The notes under the pieces are model-generated. The model searched no databases. It was not told the DNA's origin and saw only the letters and a program-made list of their open reading frames with translations. Source: Candidatus Heimdallarchaeota archaeon (lineage in GTDB: Archaea; Asgardarchaeota; Heimdallarchaeia; Heimdallarchaeales; Kariarchaeaceae). From it: DNA of 32,000 nt. The stretch covers positions 450,001-482,000 of the forward strand of contig JASBSB010000007.1 of NCBI GenBank assembly GCA_030149205.1, written 5' to 3'. Of this stretch, positions 25,785 through 32,000 are shown piece by piece; position 1 is the first letter of the stretch, and each line of letters starts with the position of its first letter. Position numbers and translations under genes: made by a program.

Positions 25785-25817
25785 TAAGTTTAAATTACAT
25801 TATGTAATATAAACTTA
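25785..25817. promoter_or_regulatory. 33-bp near-perfect inverted repeat, candidate operator
   Basis: TAAGTTTAAATTACAT-T-ATGTAATATAAACTTA: 16-bp arms with one mismatch, ending 2 nt before ATG 25820. An extra half-site, AAATTTATATTACAT, lies at 25703-25717. Confidence 0.7.
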
Positions 25818-25819
25818 CC

Positions 25820-26269
25820 ATGAAATTCGTTGATTATCATAAACAGTTTCTGATCCTTGGATTTATCATCATGATTCTTGGAGATCTACTATATTTCGGG
25901 GTCTATCTGTTCCCTGAATTTATGCTCTCGCTTTTTGCCACACTTTCTTCTACTCTCACAATCGGAGACATGACTGGTCATTTGAAGACAGTCTCATTAT
26001 TCTACCTTGCTACTCTTGGAACACTAATGTATTTGGTAAGTTTTCTCCTTTTAGCTTTTGTACCACGAGATGGGAAAAAACAGAGATACATAATATTGGC
26101 AGGGATTTCTGTTTGGTTTCTCACTGACAGTATTGCTTCCTACATCTTTAGTTTTGAGTTAAATATTCTATCTAATGTTCTTTTTCTCCTCATAGGATTT
26201 ATTTTTGTGTATTTACCAATATTTACAAAGGTTGAACGTTCCGAAAAACAACCCTCATTAATGTCTTGA
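25820..26269 (+). CDS. Hypothetical 4-TM membrane protein
   Basis: Four hydrophobic segments and a WF.TDS..S....N..SN-type polar motif; the stop overlaps the next gene's TTG start. Confidence 0.65.
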   Translation: MKFVDYHKQFLILGFIIMILGDLLYFGVYLFPEFMLSLFATLSSTLTIGDMTGHLKTVSLFYLATLGTLMYLVSFLLLAFVPRDGKKQRYIILAGISVWFLTDSIASYIFSFELNILSNVLFLLIGFIFVYLPIFTKVERSEKQPSLMS

Positions 26270-27420
26270 ATCTAAACAAAGACGTGGCAAGAAAAAATGT
26301 GACAGCAATTGCTGTTATTATATTGCTTATCTCAACTATATTTTTAGGGATGTATTTTTTTACTCTAAACATTTCCAACCAATCAAGAGTTGGGCATTTT
26401 AGGCTAGATTCAGCCCTAAACAGTGCACGGTTTCAAAGTCCTGTAGGTATATTCTTTGAACCAAGCACTCCAGACATCTATTATATTTTGGAACAAGCTG
26501 GGAGAGTCATCTCCTTCAATAATAAAACTTTAGAACAGAAGGTGTTCCTAGATATCCGAGACAAGGTAACCTCGGGTGGTGAAACTGGGCTACTTGGTCT
26601 TGCATTTCACCCAGATTATAAATCCAATGGGAGGCTATTTCTAGATTATACAGCCTCTAATCCCCTGCGAACAAAGGTGGTTGAATACGACATGAATTCT
26701 GCTCAACCTAAAGAGAAAGTGATTTTGGAGGTTAATCAGCCATATTCAAACCATAATGGTGGGGCTATCGTCTTTGGTCCAGATGGATATTTGTATATCA
26801 GTCTAGGTGATGGAGGGTCTGGAGGAGACCCGCATAATAATGCACAGAACCTAAAGGTTTTGTTAGGAAAGATCTTACGAATTAACGTAGATGCAGGGAC
26901 TCCTTACACCATTCCTAATGATAATCCATTTTATGGTAACAAAGATGGCTATCGTGAGGAAATTTTCGCATACGGTCTTAGAAATGTATGGAAGTTCACA
27001 TTTGATGGTTCTGTTATTTGGGCTGGTGATGTAGGACAGGGAAAGTATGAGGAAGTGGATATCATCACTGCTGGAGGGAATTATGGATGGAACATCATGG
27101 AGGGAAACCATTGCTTTTTGGCTTCCAGTTGCAATCAAACTGGCTTAATTCCTCCAGTTGCAGAATATAACCATGATCATGGGCAGTCGATTACTGGCGG
27201 TTACGTGTATAGGGGAAAGATAAGTGAAATTAATGGTCAATATATCTACGCAGACTATGTCACTGGTAAAATCTGGGGTCTCCAAAAACATCAAAATTCA
27301 ACATACTCAAGCAGCCTTCTTTTTGATAGTCCCTTTCTTGTATCATCATTTGGCTTAACCCCAGCAGGAGAGTTGTTGGTCGTTGATCATCAGGGCTTTA
27401 TTTATATTATGAAAAAATAA
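26266..27420 (+). CDS. PQQ-dependent glucose/sorbosone (aldose sugar) dehydrogenase family protein with N-terminal membrane anchor
   Basis: GETGLLGLAFHPDY, NHNGGAIVFGPDGYLYISLGDGG, AYGLRNVW, GDVGQ..YEEV, GGNYGW, SITGGYVYRG. Confidence 0.9.
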   Translation: MNLNKDVARKNVTAIAVIILLISTIFLGMYFFTLNISNQSRVGHFRLDSALNSARFQSPVGIFFEPSTPDIYYILEQAGRVISFNNKTLEQKVFLDIRDKVTSGGETGLLGLAFHPDYKSNGRLFLDYTASNPLRTKVVEYDMNSAQPKEKVILEVNQPYSNHNGGAIVFGPDGYLYISLGDGGSGGDPHNNAQNLKVLLGKILRINVDAGTPYTIPNDNPFYGNKDGYREEIFAYGLRNVWKFTFDGSVIWAGDVGQGKYEEVDIITAGGNYGWNIMEGNHCFLASSCNQTGLIPPVAEYNHDHGQSITGGYVYRGKISEINGQYIYADYVTGKIWGLQKHQNSTYSSSLLFDSPFLVSSFGLTPAGELLVVDHQGFIYIMKK

Positions 27421-27426
27421 TGTCTA

Positions 27427-28164
27427 TTATTCAGATAATAATTTTATGACATGAATGAAATCTGGGGATGGTAATGCAACAAAGTTTGGGTCTTCGTAAG
27501 GGAAGGTCTTAAAAGTGCTGGGGAAGCCGATAACCTTGGTTCCGGCATTCAATGCACTTTGAACTCCTGGAAAAGAGTCTTCAATAACTAGACATGTATC
27601 AGCTCTTACACCAAGTCTCTGAACTGCCAGTTTATAGATGTCTGGATGGGGCTTACCGACCTCCACCTCAGTCCCAGATGTTATCTGACTTTGATTGAAA
27701 AATTTAGAAATCTTTACACTTTCTAAGGAAAAGTTGATCTTTTCTATCGAGCCTGATGAACAGATGGCAAGTTTTACACCCTCCTTCTTCAGGAAATTCA
27801 ATAATTCTAGTAAGTGTGGAAACGTTGTTAATTTCGCCTCAGCCAATACGAAGTACCTTTTCGCCTTTTTCTGATGAAATTCTTCCAGATTTTGAATGTC
27901 TTTTCTTAAGACTCCCTTTTCTCGAAAATGAGTAAGTGTGTCTTTAATTGACATTCCAATCACATCATCATAATCTTCACCAATATCCTCACCTGTTTCT
28001 TCAATTATGGTCTCCCTTAATGCCATACAAGAATATATCTCACTATCAACGAGAACCCCATCACAATCAAAGATAACAGCTTTAATATCTTTGAGACCAT
28101 TTACCGTCTCAAAATTACCCATGTATCTTACTTTAGGGTTTTGTTTAATGTTTTTTGGTTGCAC
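27427..28164 (-). CDS. HAD-superfamily phosphatase (beta-PGM/CbbY-like)
   Basis: Motif I FDCDGVLVDS, motif II CSS, KPHPDIY, IEDS..G. The exact start is uncertain. Confidence 0.9.
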   Translation of the reverse strand: MQPKNIKQNPKVRYMGNFETVNGLKDIKAVIFDCDGVLVDSEIYSCMALRETIIEETGEDIGEDYDDVIGMSIKDTLTHFREKGVLRKDIQNLEEFHQKKAKRYFVLAEAKLTTFPHLLELLNFLKKEGVKLAICSSGSIEKINFSLESVKISKFFNQSQITSGTEVEVGKPHPDIYKLAVQRLGVRADTCLVIEDSFPGVQSALNAGTKVIGFPSTFKTFPYEDPNFVALPSPDFIHVIKLLSE

Positions 28165-28476
28165 ATCAAAACGGTGTGGATTATAGGGAAGAAATAATTT
28201 AATCGACTCAATTAAGTGTTAAGTGGATTTTCTGCAATGCTGAAACTTTAAAAAAAGAATGAATTTATTTCGATAAATAGACTATTGACTAAAATAATAT
28301 GTGAACATAAGGTTAATATGTTTGCACTAAATAATCATTTTTCCCAAAAAATGCCATATTATTTGGATTATTGCCCTCAATCAATGATAATCTTTTAATA
28401 CCTTGAAAGCTATACTTAATATAGTTGTGTGGATTGCTTCAATTTGTGTTTTAGCATCACACAATAGGTGTCAAAA

Positions 28477-28710
28477 ATGGTTACTGCTGATCAAGAAATA
28501 GATACTAGTGGAATGAACTGTCCAATGCCTGTGCTTAAGAGTAAAAAGGCATTGAAGAAATTAGAGGTTGGTCAGATTCTCAAGATCATCTCTACAGATG
28601 TTGGAAGTATGAAAGATATCCCTTCATGGGCAAATACAACCGGTCAAGAGATTCTAGAATCCACAGAAGAAGGTGGAAAATATGTCTTCTTTGTTAAGAG
28701 GAGGAAATGA
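28477..28710 (+). CDS. tusA: TusA/SirA-family sulfur carrier protein (copy 1)
   Basis: IDTSGMNCPMPV motif, D.GS..DIPSW. ATG 28477 has AGGTG upstream (ORF open from GTG 28468). Confidence 0.9.
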   Translation: MVTADQEIDTSGMNCPMPVLKSKKALKKLEVGQILKIISTDVGSMKDIPSWANTTGQEILESTEEGGKYVFFVKRRK

Positions 28711-29189
28711 ATATGAGTGAGGATCGACCTAAAAGGGTGGCAATTATTGCAGCTCATGGGACATTAGATGCTGCTTACCCTCCTCTCATAATAGCTTCAA
28801 CTGCAGCTGCATTAGATATGGAGGTGGCAATCTTCTTCACCTTCTATGGCCTGGATATAATCAACAAGAAGAAATTAAATAACCTGAAGGTTCCTTCAGT
28901 GGGAAATCCAGCAATGCCAGTTCCAGTTCCAAATGTTGTGGGAATGCTCCCAGGGATGACTAGCATGGCAACTGGAATGATGAAAGGCAAGATGAAAAAG
29001 GCGAACGTGGCAACTATTCCTGAACTTCTTGAAATCTGTGAAGAGGCAGAAGTTAGGCTTATTGCCTGTCAAATGACGTTAGATGTGCTTGGAATAAAAA
29101 ATGAGGATATCATGGATGGTGTTGAATTTGCTGGGGCATCTACATTCCTCGAATTTGCCAAAGATGCAGACATTACATTGACTTTTTAG
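28707..29189 (+). CDS. DsrE/DsrF/DrsH-like (DsrE2/YrkE-type) sulfur carrier or peroxiredoxin-like protein
   Basis: YPPLIIASTAAALDMEVAIFFTFYGL, IACQMT with conserved Cys, GASTFL; ATGA overlap with tusA. Confidence 0.85.
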   Translation: MNMSEDRPKRVAIIAAHGTLDAAYPPLIIASTAAALDMEVAIFFTFYGLDIINKKKLNNLKVPSVGNPAMPVPVPNVVGMLPGMTSMATGMMKGKMKKANVATIPELLEICEEAEVRLIACQMTLDVLGIKNEDIMDGVEFAGASTFLEFAKDADITLTF

Positions 29190-29199
29190 GAGAACTAAT

Positions 29200-29613
29200 A
29201 TGACAACCATGTTGATATTACTAAAGAATGGAGATTATAACAGCCTAATGACGGCAGCAATGATTGCTTCTGGGGCTGTTGTGTCTGATATTGAAGTCAA
29301 GATTTTTGCTATGGAAGGTGCTGTCTTTGCCCTTAAAAAAGATGTATATAAGACAATAACTGGGTTTGATTCACCCTTTCCTGAGTACAACGAGAAGATG
29401 TCCAAGGCAAGAGATGAGGGGAAGTTACAGCCTTGGTATGACCTGATCAATGATTTAAAGGATTTAGGTGAGTTAACATTTACTGTCTGTGCTCTTGTCA
29501 CTGATCTTCTTGAATTAGAACTAGAGGATTTTGCTGATGTGGTGGATGATATCACTGGCGTAGCCAGTTACGCAGCAGATGCTGCAGAGGCAGACATATT
29601 TTTAACAGTTTAA
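29200..29613 (+). CDS. Second, divergent DsrE-family protein
   Basis: AAMIASGA...EVKIFAMEGAV, TVCAL (single Cys), GVASY; SD-like AGGAGA upstream. Confidence 0.75.
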   Translation: MTTMLILLKNGDYNSLMTAAMIASGAVVSDIEVKIFAMEGAVFALKKDVYKTITGFDSPFPEYNEKMSKARDEGKLQPWYDLINDLKDLGELTFTVCALVTDLLELELEDFADVVDDITGVASYAADAAEADIFLTV

Positions 29614-29625
29614 GGTGGAAACAAA

Positions 29626-29889
29626 ATGAGTTATACAGTCACGAAGAAAGTTGATGCAGTTGGTAGTTTCTGTCCGGGTCCACTAATGGAGCTAGTCAGA
29701 GGTATTAAAGAGGTAGAGGTAGGAGAGATTGTTGAATTGCTCTCCTCAGATAAGGGTTCAGCAGCAGAAGTACAGAAATGGTGCGAGAAGTCTGGAAATG
29801 AGCTCTTAGAGATCAAACAATATGATGGGGACACACAGGGATTTGTAATAAAGAAAGGTGAACGTAAGAGGAGGAGAAGACGTGAGTAA
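29626..29889 (+). CDS. tusA: TusA/SirA-family sulfur carrier protein (copy 2)
   Basis: VDAVGSFCPGPL, SSDKGS..EV.KW; SD-like AAGGTGG upstream. Confidence 0.9.
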   Translation: MSYTVTKKVDAVGSFCPGPLMELVRGIKEVEVGEIVELLSSDKGSAAEVQKWCEKSGNELLEIKQYDGDTQGFVIKKGERKRRRRRE

Positions 29890-31033
29890 TAACACAGTAA
29901 ATGTGGTTATCCTTGGTGCCGGGACTGGAGGAACCATCGTGGCCAATAAGCTGAACAAGAAACTAAAGAAAACAAAAAAGCCATTTCAGTTAACAGTCAT
30001 AGATCCATCATTTAAGCACGTTTATCAACCTGGATTCCTCTTTACTATGTTTAAGAAAGATAAAACTCACAGTATCGTCAAGGATGGGAAAAAACTTCTT
30101 CCAAAGAACACAAACATGATTGAAGAGAAGGTCAAAAAGGTAGAGACAAAGGATAAGGTTGTTATTACAGAAAGTGGAACAAAGGTTCCTTACGATTATT
30201 TAGTCATTGCAACCGGTGCTAAACTCTCACCAGAAAAGGTGGATTGGTGGGATGACAGTCTCTATCATTATTACTCTCCCGAGGCAGCAGATCGTCTTTC
30301 AGAAAAAATTGAGAATTTCAGAGAAGGAAAGATAATCATCGCCATCGGTGAAATTCCATATAAGTGTCCTCCTGCCCCAATTGAAGGTGCATTGTTGTTA
30401 GATGATTATTTCAAAAAGAAAGGGATCAGAGACAAGGTGGAGATACAGTACTGCTCTCCCTTGGATCGAGCCTTCAGTATTAAAACCGTGAATGAGGTTA
30501 TTGAACCAATCATGAATGAAAAAGGAATTGAAGTTGAAACCTTTTTCAATGTTGATGATGTGGATACAGAAGAGAAGGTTTTGTACAGCCTTGAAGGGTC
30601 GGACTTAGATTATGATCTTCTAATCATGATCCCCCCACACACGGGACAACCTTTCTTACATGAGTCAGGTATTGCCGGGAAATCTGGATGGGTACCGACT
30701 GATAGAGAGACATTAAGAGTGCAGGATCAGGAAAACATGTACGCTTTAGGAGACACAACAGATATACCCACCTCCAAGGCAGGATCAACAGCACACTATG
30801 AAGCACCAATCATTGCAGAGAACATCTACAAAGATATTATCGGCGACACAAACCTTACTAAATATGATGGGCATGTTCAATGTTTCTTCCTAACAGAATT
30901 TGGAAAATCATTATTCATTGATTTTAACTTTGAACATCCTCCCAAACCAGGAAAACCCTCAAGGTTCTGGTGGTGGTTTAAGCTTTTCTTTAAACCCTTT
31001 TATTTCAGAGCAGTTGCCAAGGGATTGGTTTAA
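29882..31033 (+). CDS. sqr: Sulfide:quinone oxidoreductase-like FAD-dependent oxidoreductase (type III-like)
   Basis: GAGTGG FAD motif, YDYLVIATG, KCPPAP, ALGD, YDGHVQCF (second Cys), aromatic amphipathic C-terminus RFWWWFKLFFKPFYF. The likely start is GTG 29882 after AGGAGGAGA (ORF open from 29858). Confidence 0.8.
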   Translation: MSNNTVNVVILGAGTGGTIVANKLNKKLKKTKKPFQLTVIDPSFKHVYQPGFLFTMFKKDKTHSIVKDGKKLLPKNTNMIEEKVKKVETKDKVVITESGTKVPYDYLVIATGAKLSPEKVDWWDDSLYHYYSPEAADRLSEKIENFREGKIIIAIGEIPYKCPPAPIEGALLLDDYFKKKGIRDKVEIQYCSPLDRAFSIKTVNEVIEPIMNEKGIEVETFFNVDDVDTEEKVLYSLEGSDLDYDLLIMIPPHTGQPFLHESGIAGKSGWVPTDRETLRVQDQENMYALGDTTDIPTSKAGSTAHYEAPIIAENIYKDIIGDTNLTKYDGHVQCFFLTEFGKSLFIDFNFEHPPKPGKPSRFWWWFKLFFKPFYFRAVAKGLV

Positions 31034-31097
31034 CTTCAATGTATCAAAATTAATTTAAGAAAAACACAAAATTAAATTAAAAATCAAAATTTAACCA

Positions 31098-31868
31098 TTA
31101 AAATTCTAATGTTATACTTATTGGGCAGTGATCGCTTCCCATCACAGAAGAATGAATTTCTGCGGCTTTTAAATGTGGAAGAAGGTCCTTATCTACAAAG
31201 AAATAGTCTATTCTCCACCCTACATTTCTCTCTCTTGCCCCAGATCTTACTGACCACCATGTGTATAATTCAGGTTCTTCGGTAAAATTTCTTAAACTGT
31301 CTACCCACCCTTCTGAAATCAAATTATCTATCCACTCTCTTTCTTGAGGAAGAAATCCAGAGTATTTGGAATTTGGCTTTGGATTGGCCAGGTCTTTCTC
31401 TTTATGCGCTGTGTTAACATCACCACAAACTATGGTTTTTTCACCAGCTTTTCTGAGTCTCTTAAGAAGATCTAAGGTGTGTTGGTAGAAATCCATCTTA
31501 AATTGGAGTCTCTCATCGTCTTTCTTTCCATTTGGGAAGTACACATTAATAAGAGTAAACTCTTCATATTTTGTGATGATGACTCTTCCTTCCTTCTCAT
31601 ATTCTTTAACGCCTATCCCAAATTTCACCTCCTTTGGTTTGATTTTTGAGTATGTCAAAACTCCTGAGTATCCTTTCTTCTCTGCAGCATTATGTATGAG
31701 CTCATACCCTTCAAATTTTATATTCTTGGGAATTTGTTCATCTTGCGCTTTTGTCTCTTGAAGACAAAGGATGTCTGGTTTGGTTGATTCAAACCAATCT
31801 GAGAACCCCTTCTTTGCAACTGCTCTAATCCCATTAACATTCCATGAGAATATCTTATAAGTCGACAT
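31098..31868 (-). CDS. xth: Exodeoxyribonuclease III / AP endonuclease
   Basis: SWNVNGIRA, LCLQETK, GYSGV, EGRVI, VYFPNG, GDVNTAH, YTWW, GWRIDYF, GSDHCPI. Confidence 0.96.
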   Translation of the reverse strand: MSTYKIFSWNVNGIRAVAKKGFSDWFESTKPDILCLQETKAQDEQIPKNIKFEGYELIHNAAEKKGYSGVLTYSKIKPKEVKFGIGVKEYEKEGRVIITKYEEFTLINVYFPNGKKDDERLQFKMDFYQHTLDLLKRLRKAGEKTIVCGDVNTAHKEKDLANPKPNSKYSGFLPQEREWIDNLISEGWVDSLRNFTEEPELYTWWSVRSGARERNVGWRIDYFFVDKDLLPHLKAAEIHSSVMGSDHCPISITLEF

Positions 31869-32000
31869 GAAAGAGAGTTTGTAGTCAGTTTATAGACTTT
31901 GAGGAACTATTAGATAAAATTGTTAACTACAAATTTGAATAGTATACCACCACATATGTTAGCAAGATTGAAATAACGTACTGTGAAAGAATTCTTATGG

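Noticed and set aside
29861-29889. Poly-Arg tail (KRRRRRE) of TusA copy 2 as a targeting or RNA-binding signal
   Set aside because: The codons coincide with the purine-rich SD (AGGAGGAGA) and start of the overlapping sqr gene, which explains them.
195-31761. Numerous short (60-145 aa) antisense or alternate-frame ORFs in the track
   Set aside because: They lie inside well-supported genes, have no recognisable motifs and are expected shadow ORFs.
1-32000. CRISPR arrays, tRNA/rRNA genes, transposases, selenocysteine readthrough
   Set aside because: No regularly spaced repeats, GC-rich structured RNA, transposase motifs or in-frame TGA at catalytic Cys positions were seen by eye.

Overview
Archaeal genomic window, AT-rich (roughly high-30s % GC by eye), most likely from an Asgard archaeon (Heimdallarchaeia-like). 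This is inferred from an archaeal TFIIB together with a Rab-like small GTPase, a cytoplasmic LRR protein and BRE/TATA-type promoters. The first half (1-16.4 kb) holds four co-oriented genes for large secreted, C-terminally membrane-anchored glycoproteins: a 5'-truncated TSP3-like Ca-binding repeat protein, a ~2,900-aa FG-GAP/VCBS multi-propeller protein, a parallel beta-helix protein and an EEP-fold nuclease/phosphatase with FN3 domains. The second half holds a two-subunit aconitase X (probable phosphomevalonate dehydratase), LRR/tfb/small GTPase, an aldo-keto reductase-thrB-thrC run, an XRE regulator divergon with a 33-bp palindrome, a PQQ-type sugar dehydrogenase, a HAD hydrolase, a compact tusA-dsrE-dsrE-tusA-sqr sulfur cassette and exonuclease III. 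No tRNA, rRNA, CRISPR array or mobile element was seen. The best leads are the giant surface-protein locus with its shared C-terminal anchor, the SQR/TusA/DsrE sulfur relay, the operator-like palindrome, and an AKR sitting where homoserine dehydrogenase would be expected. All family calls are from motif recognition, not database searches.
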